Source of the DNA: Callorhinchus milii
Lineage: Eukaryota
Direction of reading: 5' to 3'
Length of the DNA stretch: 64,000 bases
Assembly (NCBI RefSeq): GCF_018977255.1
Contig: NW_024704742.1
Span: 122,018,001-122,082,000 of the forward strand
Position numbers and translations under genes: made by a program. This document shows, piece by piece, positions 10,323 through 24,410 of the stretch. The first letter of the stretch is position 1, and each line of letters starts with the position of its first letter. Under the pieces are notes generated by a model, which was not told the origin of the DNA, did no database searches, and saw only the letters and a program-made list of their open reading frames with translations.

Positions 10323-13300
10323 AAGAGTTAAATTTGGACAGTGCAAAAATGCTGCTTAAAAGGAATAAATCTAGACAGAAAGAGAATTTCTTTGCAAATA
10401 TGTGTTTATATGTGCATAGTATTTGTAGTTTTTTTAAAGCAAAATTTGATGGACACCTTGCATTTGGAAGTTTCCACATGTATCAGTTTCACAAATCAAT
10501 TTGCACCATTTCATAGTTATCGCAGGAACAGGTGATGACAAATCCTTGCTTCACAAGGAAACTGTTATGGATTACAAATTTCTACTTGTTTTCCTAGCCT
10601 AAAGCTAAATGAAAGTACATTTAGCTTATGTGTTTTTTTTATTCAGCCGGATTGGATTTATTAGTTAATTTGTAAGTGCGAGGTTTAAATAAATGCTGAT
10701 TGGAATGAGCTGGGAGATATCGATAATAGCTGGGCAGCTTCTCGTGCTTTTACCAGCTGTTTTCTATTGTAAACTTTGGTGTTTGATGAAATCTTCACTG
10801 TCATCTGATTTTGATGGACTTGTTTATCAAGTGAAATTATTTAATTACAGAAGTGTGAGTCAAAAATAAGTGAATCGGGATAAGTGAAAAATGATCTGTA
10901 GATATGATTGACAATCCAGACAGAGTTGGAACCTCAACAGGATGACAGAATAGAATGGCATTCGGTTTTGCTCAATTTCCCTGAAATAGTGGGTTTGCAA
11001 TGTTGTGTTGTGTCATAAGCTGTGTTGTGTCATAAGGGGTGAAGCAACAAGCAAAGGGAAAATACTTCTCATAGGAGAGGCAAGATTGAAGATTTTCAAT
11101 CTTGTGGACTTCCTTCAGATAAGATGCTAAACCACGGTCCTGTCTGTCTGTTTTAAGTGGACGTTAAAGAATCCATGACACTATTCGTAGAGAGAAGAGA
11201 GGTTCTTACAGTGTCCTGGCCAACAATTTCCCAGATAAAATTGGTCATTCACTCCATAGCATTGTGCACAGCAATGTTCTTTTAAATAAAACATTGATGT
11301 GCATAAATGCTATTGCCTTTGCCCACAAAACACACAGTTACTACATGCTACAGTATATCCTGTGGAACGCTTTGAGTTATCCTCCCAATGTGAAAGGCAC
11401 TGTACCAAATGTAAGGATTAGTAGGAGTAGTAGCAGCCTGCTCAAGAGTAGGACTGAGAGGGAGTTCAGAACATGATGGCAAGGAAACAGAAACAAAAGA
11501 CATTTTTTGCCCATGTTGGCCCATCGTGTCTGTGCCATTGCTAGCTATTTTTCTATTTGCCTGAAATACAAAGGCACTGGACTTTACAGTAAATCTTTCA
11601 TCCACAAAATATGCAATCAATTCATTTCATGGTATATTCTGTGAAATGCCTTGAAACATCTCAATGACGTGATAAGGTGCTATGTCAAATGCAAGGATTA
11701 TTATTATTAGTAGTAGTTTTGAGGTGTTTCAATGGTGTGCATCAAGTGCAAGGATTTTAAAAAGTTAATCCTATTTCCCAATTCTTTTCCAATATCAATT
11801 TTATTTGGGGATTGTTGGCCACGAAACTCCCTTCTCTTTTAGAATAGTGTCACGGGATATTTAACATCCACCTGAACAGGCAGATTGGACCTCAGTTTAA
11901 CATCTCATCCGAAAAATGTCATCTCCCACAATGCAGCACATCCTCAGCACTGCACTGGTATCTCAGCCTAAACTATATGAATTCAAAGTCCTGAATGTCT
12001 GGGGCTTGAACCACACAACAACAACTTGCATTTGTATAGCACCCTTCATGCTGGGTAGTGTCTCGGAGGTCTTTCACTATTTCAGACCTGAGAGTGGTAC
12101 CAACTGAGCCAGGCTGATGCACTGAATAAGTTGAAACCCAAGTTAATATCTCAGAAATCAGAATAAAACCCAACAGGGCCAATGATCTTTTAAAATCATT
12201 TTTAACATCAGTATTCTTTATATGTTTTTGAGAGCCAAGGATCCCTGCATCTTTGATTGAGTTCTCGGTAAATTACATTACATGCTCCTCAGAACTCTTT
12301 AGATGTCTGGTTATTCCTGCTAACCAACCCTAAAATGAAGCTAATCCACTTAAAATCATCTTTTCTCTACATTACCTTTTCCTTCTTTGATTCATGAATC
12401 AACCAGTACCTTCTTGCATAGTACTACCTGTTTTGCTTGTGCACTAGAATTAATGTTCACCTTTTGTTCTGCAACCTGCGCTATTAGTCATCATTAATGA
12501 TGCATAGTATTATAACCAATAGTTCAGAATGTATTACCATATTATTATTGAAGGGGCACAGCTGCTCCTACAAGGGGTTTTCTGATCAGCTCACATGCTG
12601 AAACAGCCAAGATATATCCTGCTCTAAATACCCTTGGCCGAAAATTGCACTTATGATGCATTGGTTAATATTTTGTGGATAAGAACACCAGCCAATAAAA
12701 CCGATACTCCATAATTAAAGTCTGTTACATCTCCCCAACTCCTTTCCTTTTCCTGTAAAGTGTAGTGATTGTGTTATCTTCTAGGTGAAATAACTGAGGA
12801 AGTGTGTGTGTGGGGTGTTGGGGGGAGGTTAGGGGCAAAGCAAGATAAAGATTTTGGAGATATAAGACATTGGCCAGTTGGGAAAATAGAAGCATAAAAG
12901 GCAACTTGCTCTGGAAAAAATTACCTTGAAAAGTAAAAGGAAATCTCAAGCTGATATCACCTTGGGGCTAAATGCTTGTAGGTTGATGTGATATGGGTTT
13001 CCCTGCAGGAGACACAGTTTATATCCCAAGGTACCACTTGCCTGGCAACTGCTTTTTCAACAAGATGTTAAAAGTGATTGCCTACAAATACACAGTCACT
13101 ACACTTTACAGTATGGCAGCTGGTAGGTAGTTTATGCTGTTCACAGGTGGTGTAGCGAAAAGAAAAGCGGAAGAGACAAAAGCAAGAAGGCATGAAATTG
13201 TAGAATAATTCAAGGAAAAAAGAAGGCAGAATCCAAACTGGGTGGATGGGGGGTTGAGGTTAGAGGGTGAAAAACAAAAGTTGTAAGGTTTTTAATTCAC

Positions 13301-13659
13301 TGTGGGTTGAAGGGTTCACAAGCAAAAGATATGGTCCCTGAAAGTCACATTGAACTTGATTGGTTTAGTGCAGGAGGGCCAAGGATAATGCTCCCAGCTG
13401 AAATAATGCCTGTAATATTGAAACATCTAAAAGCACTTCACAGGAAATTGATGTAAAGTGAAGTGCATATTTGTAGCCAATCTTGGCAGCCAATTTTCAC
13501 ACACCATGCAAACAGCCATAAAGTGAATGATTAATTCATCTGGGAGATTGTTGGCCAGGACATCAGGAGAAACTCCCTCTTCTTTTCAAATAGTGCCATG
13601 GGAATTAGATGTCCTTCTGAGTAGGCACGCGAGACCACAGTTTAATGGATCATCCAAAG

Positions 13660-14080
13660 GCTGGCACTAGGCCACCAAGCAAAGCAGATGATTCTCAGTT
13701 TAGAGGAATACACTATGAGAAATGATTAGACAAGCTCAGTCTTGAAGTGATGATTTAAAAAATACCTCTCAGAGAGGATCCTACAGAGTGTATAATATTT
13801 AAATGGGATTGAAAAAGTAAATCTACAACAATCCTTTAGGATGCACTGAAACAGAAGAACAAGAGGATGTAGGTTTAGAGTTGCAAATGGCAATTTTAAA
13901 CAGATACCAGGAAGATTATTTTTTAACCCAGAGATTGGAACAGTTTGCCAGGAAGAATGATTAAGGTTTGAAGACTGGAATCGTTTAAGAAACAGCTTGA
14001 TATTGTGATGGGAAAATGGTAGGGTGCATATTCTGGAAGGATGGGCTGACCGAAGGGACTTTCAGCCGAAGGGACTTGTG
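13660..14080 (+). mobile_element. Degenerate CR1 3' fragment
   Basis: CTATGAGAAATGATTAGA, GAACAAGAGGATGTAGGTTTAGA and TTTTTTAACCCAGAGA follow the CR1 ORF2 end pattern. Confidence 0.6.
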
Positions 14081-14084
14081 TTTT

Positions 14085-14490
14085 TACATAGAAACAGGAG
14101 TAGAGCTTGTTCCACTATTCAAAAGTTCATGGCTGATCTGTACCTCAAGTCCAATTACCCACCCTTGCCTTGTATCCCTTAATATCCTGACCTAACACAT
14201 ATCTATCTACCTCAGTCTTGAAGTGGTGATTGGATCCAGCATCCACAGCCTTTTGGGGGAGAGAGTTCAAGATTTCCACTACCCTTTGGATGAAAAATGG
14301 CTTCCTTATTTCACTCCGAAATGGCCTAGCTCTAATTTTAAGACTATGCCCCCTTATTCTGCATCCCCCCACCATGGGTAATAGTTTCTCCATATCTACA
14401 CTACCTTTATTATTATAAAAACCTCAATCAGATACTCCTCAACCTTCTAAACTCAAGGGAATACAGATCAAGTTTTTGTGATCTCCAATA
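14085..14490 (-). mobile_element. CR1 LINE 3' fragment
   Basis: ORF 14145-14393 reads RIRGHSLKIRARPFRSEIRKPFFIQRVVEILNSLPQKAVDA. Confidence 0.88.
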
Positions 14491-15476
14491 AGGCAGCATC
14501 CCTGAGTACCTCAATGGGGAGGTCAGAATGGGGAGAGATAGAATAGATGTGACAAGTTACAAGACAAAACTGTTGGATTCTGCTTTCCTCTCAAGTTTAT
14601 AAAATAGTGAACACATTTAAGAATTGTTTACTATCACGTGTTTCACTAATTACTTATATAATTACAGTTTGTTCATCAAGGCAAATTGCAGAAAAAAATC
14701 ATGTGATTTTTCACCCATTTGCCAGATTGTAATTATTGTCAACTTTAAAGTACTTGTTATAAACAAAGCATGTTTTGACTTGCTTTATTTATTATAAATG
14801 TTATTATAGATGTAGATTTTTCGCAAATGTTGAGGTTTGTCAGCTCTGACCTGAATCTGCACTGATCCTGCTTTCTGTCAAACACATTACTGAACTGCCT
14901 TGAAGGCTAACCTTAAAATGTCACTTCTCTTCACATGGTTCACAAAAGCAACTGTAAATAGCGTAAGATTATGATACTGCTCCAGAATCCAGCAGCACAC
15001 ACCAGCAGAGAGAGCTTGTGTGTAACGAGCTGGTGAATGCACCATTTTAAAAATTGTTTTCAGTGGCTTTTAGCTGCTTTTTCGAACTAATAATCTAACA
15101 AAATAGTAAACACTGTTTACTGCCTTCACTTCCAAATGCCTCCATGGCCTTGCCCCACTCTACCTCTGTGGCCTCCTGCGACCATAAGGCTTATGGTCTT
15201 GCCTTCAAACCCACCTTAAGTCCTCTCTTTTTGCCTGCATTTTTGTCCATCATCCCTCCCTCTCCTTAGCTCCCCTTAACTCGGGCTCCAGGGCAGCTGT
15301 GTGAAGCACTTTGATATTCTCCCAACCTAAGAGGTTGTATAAATGTAAATTGTTGTTATTGTTTTAAACACACTGTGGGTATCACTCAGTAACTCTGAGT
15401 GTCTGTGCATGTGTTTATGTAACAGCTAAAGACTCCTGGCAAAAGACCTTTTAATTATGTTCTTATCTTAAAACAC

Positions 15477-15745
15477 ATGGGGGTTGTGAATGTTCTCGTT
15501 GGGAAAACAGCATTAATGGTGCCCCAGGATGGAAAGTGGGTCTCCTGGAGGGAACCCATTGTGCGTCATTCTGACTCACAAACTTCCAGCTCTCAGGCTA
15601 TTTCGGGATTGAGCCGTGGTCTGGTTGGATGACATGACGTACGTGAGTTCTCTGGAGGAGACTCACTTTACATCTGAGGTGTTTCATCCAAAGACAGTGC
15701 CATTAACACTGCCATTTCCCAAGAGCACTTCCTCAACCTCATTGT
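15477..15745. mobile_element. Old MITE-like long inverted repeat
   Basis: The left arm (GGTTGTGAATGTTCTCGTTGGGAAAACAGCATTAATGG...AAAGTGGGTCTCCTGGAGGGAACCCA...GCGTCAT) aligns to the reverse complement of the right arm over ~90 bp. Confidence 0.65.
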
Positions 15746-16264
15746 CATTGTGAAACAAGTAAATGGAAAATTATGTGAATGAAATGGACAAATTATTTTT
15801 ATTGACTGAAACATATTTAAATTTTATTTTACAATTTGCCCAGTTACCCCACTCCTTTCCAAATATACTGCAATTAAAAAAAAATCTTTTATGACCTCCA
15901 CTGCCTCCAGTTATTACAATTTCTTCAAGGGCAGAAGGATAGTCTGGGTTAAACCGTTGTCTGTGGCCAACATTACTACTGCTATTTTCTTGGCAGACCT
16001 GGGCAGGAAAAATCCTAATACACTTTTTTACTGTCTACCTATAAACATATTAGTGTCCCCTCTGGATGTCAAAATGAACACCCAATGCTCATCTGGTGTA
16101 CAAGTGTTTTAAGACTCCCCCTCACATGAAAGGTGTTATATAAATTAAATTTATTGTATTTGGCAGTAGCACTGGATTATCTAAATCATGATGCACATTG
16201 ATAAGTCTGTGTGTTCAGATTAATGGCACAGTATTGAATTTGGCATCTACAGTGGCCAATATGA

Positions 16265-16655
16265 TGATAATAATAATCCATGTATTTAATATAGCACCTT
16301 ATCGATTCAAAACGTCTCAAAGTTCTTCACAGAGTTCTCTGAAATGTCGATTGACTCTGTATTTGCAGCCAATTTGTGCATAGCAATGTCCCAAAAAATA
16401 ACCATGAAATGACTGCCCAATTTTTTTAATCTGGGGTATTTATTGTTGGCCAGGATACTGGGAGAAACTCCCTTTTCTTTCAAATAGTGCCATGGGATTT
16501 TTAATGTCTGCTTGAACATCCTGGCATGTCATCCGAATGACGGCACTTTCCCCAATCATTTCCGGCAATGTCACGCTATGAGCTCAAAGTCCTGTTGTGG
16601 GACTTTAAATTCTGACTCTGAGGCAAGAGTGCAACCAACTGAGTCAGACTGACCC
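16265..16655 (-). mobile_element. Older Deu-domain SINE
   Basis: Has an L2-like tail, the Deu core and a head ending CTGACTCTGAGGCAAGAGTGCAACCAACTGAG. Confidence 0.75.
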
Positions 16656-18029
16656 CTTTCATTGAATCATAGAAAGTTTACAGCACAGAGGAACTCATTC
16701 AGCCTACCATGCTTATACTAGTGCTTGCTTCCCCTTTTAATATTTTTCCATGGGTACTTACTCATTTCTCATTAAATGTTGTTATGGATTCAGTTTCAAC
16801 AATCATTTGAGCTAAAGATTCTGAAAAAAAACTGTTTTTAGATGAAAAAACATCTAATCTCCTTTGTTTTCTTTGAGGATAATTTATAACCTGTTACTAT
16901 TGATTTGCCAATTGGTGGAACTACGTACAAATATAAGAGATTGTTGTTGTTGTTGTATTAAGACCATTCAGAAATTGGGAAATCTCCATTGTATCCCCTA
17001 CCTTTCTCTCCAGTGAACCACAGCCCAACTATTAAAGTCTCTCTAACTCTGGTACCCTGGTGAATAGTGAATGGTCTGGATGAATATAAACATCATGGAG
17101 TATGGTGTGATAACTTCACAGTTGTAGTCGCAGATGTAGTACAACTAGTGTGACACACAAGCACATTATCCAAGCAAAGGACCAAATGAAATAACTAACA
17201 GCTACGCTGACAGGCAATTAATATGTATTAAGCCAGCAATGCGAAATCGACAAATGATATTCAGAGACAAGAGGTTAAGATTGAGTTGTGGAGGGTTAAA
17301 GCTATTTATCAAAGAGACGAGGCCGGTGGGATAATAGATCAGGAGTAAATGAGAGCTGAATGTCACAGGGGAACAGAGATGTGGTGGGATTCCAAGCTCT
17401 GGTGATCAAAAACTAATGGGAGTAAAATCTGGCAGTGATTCCAAATAACTCAGTAAATGTTAGAGTTTGATTTGGACAGACTTGACTACCATCTGAAAAA
17501 ACGACCTTCCGTTACAGATGAGTTGCATTAGGCTTTGCTTTTTAAAAAGGCTGTTATTAACGAGGGAGCCAGATTTCGTTTATTCTGCCAGGCAGATGTG
17601 AAATTCACAAACAAAGACTATGAATGTTATTTTTTTAAACCACTTTTCAATAATAAATACTTTTTTTTCCGGGGACAATGATAATGCAGATAATGGACAT
17701 TCTTTATCAGTAATTGTGTTCAACAATAAAACAACAATTTTGTGAGTATCCGGCCTGTTTTCTTGAGTTTTTGATGTTACAAATTAATCCTTGATCATCC
17801 CTGAATCTGCTTGTTTACTTTGCGTTGATTCCCCTAATAAATAGACCCTGAAAAATACCCAGATGTTTATTTTGTGGGAAAAAATGACTTTAATGGTCCT
17901 TAGTCATGATGTGGGGAATTGCAAACCAAAATACATTGCTACCTAAAGCATGTCTCAGCAAGAAATTAATTACTAAATGGCTAGAAGGGTGGGTTCCTTA
18001 GGTGAAACAACAGCTTCATGGAGTGTAAA

Positions 18030-18500
18030 GGCTTGGGGCATAATACAGAGATGGGGTCAAATACCAAGCAAGGGAGAGAGGAGGGGGAGGTGACTATAGG
18101 TGTGGTCAAAGAGGTAGGTTTTAAGGAGGGACTGGACTCAGTTTCAACAATCGTATAGAGAGAGGCTCAGATGGAGGGTAGAAGAAGAGAGTTCCAGAGG
18201 TTAGGGGTGTAGAATCTGAAAGCTTGGTCACCAAGGGGGCACGGGTAGAAGGGAGGACTCACAACAAGCCCGAGTTAGCCAACCAAAGAGAGCAAGCAGA
18301 GCAGCAGAGGTAGGAGAAGATCAGAGAGATAAGGAACAGCTGGGGCATTAAGGAATAGATCACTGAGGGCGATGATCTTGAAATTGATCTGCAGAGAGAC
18401 AGATGGCCAGTGAGAGCTTGGTGAGGACTGGGGTGGTAGGCATGCTGAGCTTGGTGCAGATGAAAAAGTGGGCGGTGGAGTTTTGAATAAGTGGAGAATC
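18030..18500 (-). mobile_element. Degenerate L2 3' fragment
   Basis: Fragments LIQNSTAHFFICTK and HWPSVSLQINFKII. Confidence 0.75.
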
Positions 18501-21500
18501 CCTCCAAAAACCCAAAACAATAATAAATTGGTTATTGGGCATTGTTATTGCGTATCTTTTGTCACTTGATCATGAATTTGAATAGAATTGAGCTGTTCAT
18601 TGGGTTACTTGTAGACAACATGCTTGTGACAAAATAATATCCTGCTTCCTCCATTCCTAGGCTGCTATGGTAACATCATTGACCAGAAAGGGGTCCTGTG
18701 CATTCTGCAGTGATTTAATGGATGAGGATGCATTTGATCAGCATGATAGCTGATCCAGAGCCACCTTATTCCAGGGAAGCACAGCATTACTGCCTGTCAC
18801 ATACTCTCCAATACTGCGCTTTCCTGGGGTCAGACAGCTCTGCATCAACTCCCAGGTCAGGCAGAAGCCGTGGCCTACATTACATTAAATAGAAGTGCTC
18901 CTCCTGGTCAGTGCCATTACCTGAAGAGCTCAGGAGTAGAGTTGGTGAGTCCTAGAAAACAAAGAAAAGCAAGCATCCCTAGCAAGCACAAAGATACAAT
19001 TTCAAAACTATCTCTTTTTGGTTAAAGCTGGGAGAGCGCTGAGAAAGTAATCCTCCTAGACTTTCCTTTCACTGTAAGGCTTATACCATTTCTGAAAGTC
19101 GTAAGATACTTATGGAGGACTTTTTCATGAAACTATGTTTTTTAAGGATGTATCATGGAAGTCTTATTTCATTGTGGATTTCAAGAGAAAGTAGACAGGT
19201 ATATGAAAGATAGAAGCTTGTAGGGGCATCTAGTGGGACAGGGCAATGGGATTCAAAGTGCAGCTTTCTCTGAGAACAAGTGCAGACTCGATGGGCCAAA
19301 TGGCCTCCTTCTGCGTTGTAAATTTCTATGATTCTTATTTGAAGCTTATGGACTGTTTGGACTGTTCAGTATGATTTTGATTTTCTGATAATAATCCTGT
19401 AAGGTAGCAGCTTTATTATTACTCTTTGGGGTTGACCCAATTCTGCTGGTTGGACAGATGAGATGGGATTAGTCTTGTTTTCCGTCATCAAATTGTAAAT
19501 GTAACATTTTACCAGTTTTAATAGAACCTCAGATTGGTTTTGCTGTAGTTTTTTTTAAGAACTAGAGAAAAATGACTTCAAAATTAAGACTCAATTCAAC
19601 AATTTGCCAAATTCTGGATGTTCTAAAATGATACATAAATAGAGCAAAACTAGATCCAGGGGGGATTCACTTCATAGCTGTTTATGGTACATTGTTAATA
19701 TAATAATAATTCTTGCATTTGATATTACGCTTTATCACGTCATTGAGATGTTTCAAAGTGCTTCATAAAATATACTGTAAAGTGAATTGACTGTACATTT
19801 TGTGGGCGAAACGCAATTGGCTGTCACGTTCCCCACAACACATTGTCACTGCACTTTCTATGAAGCACTTTGTGTTCCTGGTGTGAAAGGCGCTATAGCA
19901 AATGTAAGGAATATTATTATTCTAATTTTCCCCAAGATTCAGACTGAATTAATGAATTTTCTAAAATTCTGCATAATCTTACATTTTAAAACACTGATTT
20001 TCAATCTAAGACTTTGAGAGTTCTTTTCTTTTCCCAAATGGTGACTTTCCTAACTCAGTTCACACAGGTTTGCTTCTTGACCACTTGAGCCCTCACTGTG
20101 GCTATCACAGATTTATGTGTTTTTTTTAAACAAAAAGTGACATTTCTGCAATACATCAAAAGAAGTTTAGATTGTAGGTAGGACAAATTAACAATCTCTC
20201 CACAGATTCTTTATTTTCTTCTCTGGTATATACAGTTAGGTTTCACATCATCAACCACAGCATTACGCAAAGGTAATCATAGCCACAAAGAGAGCCACAG
20301 GCTAGAAATAAATATCTCAAAATGAAACCTTGCAAAGCCAGGTATTGAAACAGATCCCCTCACAATCCTGAATTATCTGGATCCAAACAATGAAGTAACT
20401 GTGCCTACGGTCACCTCCCCCACTCTCCGGCTCAGAGTCGTGCTCCACCACTGTCAAGCGTATGGGACGCTCATTGCATGAGGGGCGCTATAGAAATGCA
20501 AATTGTTGTTGCATCAATAACTCAAACCCTCAGCAAGAACTCATATCCTGGGCTTGCTGGAAACCCCGCCCCTCCAAAAACTGCCATTTGTCCATGTGGT
20601 TGTTCCATAAAATTAAAGAATATCATCCTTGTGTCAACTGTAGTCCTCTCAGATGATAAAGTTCTACAGATTCTGTCCTACTTCTCGGCTACTGTGTGCA
20701 CATCCATTATGGAACTCCTTTACAGGTGACTTATAGTATACTAGTACACTAATTGTTGATGTATTGCGAATTCTTTCATTTTGACACACATTCCACCAAT
20801 ATGGCTCGGAGAGACACAAAAAATAGCACAAAGCAACTATACAACAGTGTTGTGCATCTTATCATAAAATGCCCAACTACATTTGAGCTCCAGCAGTTAA
20901 GCGAGAAAACCTGGGTCCCTTATATGGATTACACTCAAGCGTAAAACACTTTATGACATGCAGCAATCAGCTCATTGCTCTAAGGCCATTCTAAGCTTGG
21001 GATTCCACAATCATACAATTATAATAATTCACTTTAGTAATTTGTTTGGCAATAAAGGCTTAATTCTGAATAAAAAGACATTCCACTTGTTAATGAAAGA
21101 ACGAGGCAGTGTCCAATGAATTTAAAGTGTAATCCTTAAAGGTAATTACAATACAACAACAAAAAACAATTCACATTTATAAAACGCTTTTCATATCTGG
21201 AAAATGTCTGAAAGTGCATCACGCAAGTGCCTGGAAGCCCAAACTGATAGAGTGGGGTTGAGGGAATGGCCAAAAGCGAGATTGAAGAGATAGGTCTTAA
21301 GGCAGGTTTTGAAGACTGGGTGGGAGGGGATAAGGAGAAGGAGGGAGCGGGCAAGGTGGAGGAACTCCAGCATGGAGTTCCAAAATTAATGCACTTGTGT
21401 ATTATTCGTCACCTGAGCAAGTTTCAGATGGGAATGAAGTGTTAGTCATAGAGTGGGGACAGAATGGCTGAAGATTTTCCCCCTTCTCGATGGGGTGGAG

Positions 21501-22249
21501 CAAGTCGGGGATGTGAAGCGAGTCTGTGTTTGCTGAGCAGAGGGAATATCTGGGGCAGTAGGGTCACAGGAGGACGTAGAAGCAGGGTGGGGCGAGGCAA
21601 TAGAGACCATTAAAATGTTTATTATATTCAAAAATTATTGAAGTATGAAATGATGCAATGTCTGGAGTGATATTCAATATAAAGTGTTGCCAACCTCTAC
21701 TAGGAGAACATTTATTTGTACAGTATCTCCTTTGCTTTTATTTATGAGCATTTCAACCATTATTGACATGATTTTGCCAGCCGGATTTTGATACCCACCT
21801 TGTGAATTCACTTAACAACCTTCTGACTTCTTAGGCATTTTTATAGCTCTCTGAACAGCTATTGTTTCAGAAAAGAAATAGCCATGTTCATTATGAATAT
21901 AGCATGTACTGTACTGCAAAACAAGTATCCAGTTTGTTCCAGCTTGGTGAAAATACTGACTAGGTTAGGTTTATTTTTTATTAGTCTTCTTGTTCCTTCT
22001 GTTCTTTTCATTTCTTTTGGCCCCTTTTTTATGTTCACATAAGTGCTCCAGAGAGTGACTACTGTTTCAAATTAAACAGTGAAGAAACTTTTCAAAGACT
22101 GCAAAGCAGGATTTATACCGCACAGTTGGCAGTGAATCGTCACCATTTCGGCAGCGATTCTCTGCCAAGTGTGTAGTGTAAACCGGGTATACAGATAGCA
22201 TGGATTTGTGATTTGTGATTTGCACCCAAGCAATATCATATCACTGATT

Positions 22250-24410
22250 ATGAACCTGAGCTCACTCTCCTGTTCTCTATTCAAAGCTCTGTTTAGGGAC
22301 TGGATGAGTGCAAACTTCCTGCAACTGAATGTGGACAAGACAGAAGCCATACTCTTTGGCTCCTGTCAATGTCTTTCCTCCTGAGAACCTAAAATCCTCA
22401 ACCTCCCTGGGCTCTCCCTCAAACTCACCGAACCAGTGTGCAGTCTAGGTGTCCAGCTGGATCCCCAGCTGTCCTTCCTCCACCACATCCAAACCCTGAC
22501 CAGGACCGCCTTCCTCCACCTCTGCCACATTGCCCGCCTCCGACTGTACTTCACCCCAAATGCAGCCGAAACCCTCGTGCATGCGTTTATCACCTCCCAC
22601 CTAGAAAATAATAATAATTTGGTCACCCATCCATGACTGTTTGTGGGAAACTGCTGAACATAATTGGCTGCCGGTTTCGCCCACAAAATATACAGTCATT
22701 TCACTTCACAGTATATTCTGTGAAGCATTTTGAGATGTCATAAGGAGCTATATCAAATGAAAGGATTATTCATTTGCAGAAACTCTGCAGCTCATGTACT
22801 CTTGTGCACCAGGCTCCACGACCCCATCACTCCCACCCTCACCCGACTCCACTGGCTCCCCATCCCTCAGAGGATCGAATTCAGGATCTTCGTCCTCACT
22901 TTCAAGGCCATCCATGGCCTTGCCCCCTCCTACCTCTCTGACCTGCTGACTTCCTACCAACCTGCCGGCTCCCTCCGTTCATCGGGCTCCGATCTACTCC
23001 ATGTCCCTGCCCAACCCGCCCTACCATCGGTGGCCGGGCTTTCAGCCTCTCTGCCCCCACACTCTGGAACTCCATCCCATGGTCCCTTCGCCTCGCTTCT
23101 CCCTTGCCTCCTTCAAGGCCGGTCTCAAGACCCTTCTCTTTGATCGTGCCGTTGGTCGCCCTACAACCTCTCTGCCTTCCCTCACCCCTCCCCCATGCTC
23201 GGGCCCCGACATCTGACTGCTCAACGCCTTGGGACGTCCTACCGACGTGAAAAGCACTCTATAAATGTGATTTTGCTATTGTTATTAATTTAGGATTACT
23301 CAAACGCCCTCCTCGCCAATCTCCCCAGCTCCACTATTCAACAGATCCAGCTCATTCAAAATTCTGCTGCCCACATACTTACCTGGACCAAACTCTGTAG
23401 CCCCATCTCACCAGTTATATAATAAAAATAATCCTTGCATTTGATATAGCGCTTTTCATGTCTTCTAGACGTCTCAAAGCGCTTCACAGAATATGCTGTA
23501 AAGTGAATTGACCGCATATTTGTGGGCGAAATGCGGCAGCCAATTGCACACAGAAGTGTCCCATAAACAGTCGTGGAATTGAAAATGACCGATTTATTAT
23601 TGTTCTTTTTGTTTTGGAGGGATTATTATTAGGTATGTGGAGTAAGGAAACTTGCCCAAGATTTCGCCCTCTGCCTGGAATTGAACCCAGGTGTCTCGCT
23701 TGCAAGGCGAGTGCTCTAACCACTGAGCTATAGGCCTCCAGTTCTGGCCAGGCTTCACTCCCTGTCACCGAACAGATCGACTTCAAGATCCTCACACTCG
23801 TGTTTAAATCTCTTCACTCTCTGGCACCTCCCTACCTCTCTCCGGACTCCTCACTCCCCCATCGCTCGACTGGCACTGGCCTCCTGCTTGTCCCTAGCAC
23901 CCTCCTCTCCACCAATGGAGGTTGGGCTTTCATCTACTATACCCTGAAACTGTGGAACACTCTCCCTCAATTCCTCCACCTTGCCCCCTATCTCCCCTTT
24001 TTCAAGACCCACCTTAATACCTTCCTTTTCGACTGAGCTTACGGTCACCTCACCCACCCAAGCTCCGCCACTGTTAAGTGCTCTGAGACGATACCCTGCG
24101 TGGTACGTGTAAGTGCAAGTTGTTGTTGTCAAACCGACGTCCTGTCTCCCTGAGCAGGTGAACGTTAAAGATCTTGTGACGTCATTTGAAAAGAGAAGGG
24201 AGTTTGCCATGATGCATTGGCCAATAATCCCCCACATAAAATTGTACACTTTACTCCATGGCTGTTTGTGGGACTTTGTTTCCAGGTTGCTACATTTGCC
24301 TACAAAATACAGTCACTCCACTTTACAGTAAATCCTGTGAAACGCTTTAAATCATCCTCCTGATGTGAAAAGCCCTGTACCTAATGTAAGGATTGTAAGG
24401 ATTATTATTT
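22250..24410. mobile_element. Nested retroposon cluster: L2 (+, ~22250-22603), SINE 3' half (+, ~22605-22772), L2 (+, ~22773-23285), second L2 subfamily (+, ~23290-24130) interrupted by a SINE (-, 23417-23739), Deu SINE (+, ~24130-24410)
   Basis: L2 peptides in ORFs 22436, 22730 and 23800. The SINE at 23417-23739 is bracketed by the direct repeat CCAGTT (23411-23416 and 23738-23743). Confidence 0.88.

Noticed and set aside
24177..24184. Perfect CRE TGACGTCA
   Set aside because: It lies inside a decayed SINE far from the promoter, and an 8-mer is expected about once per window by chance.
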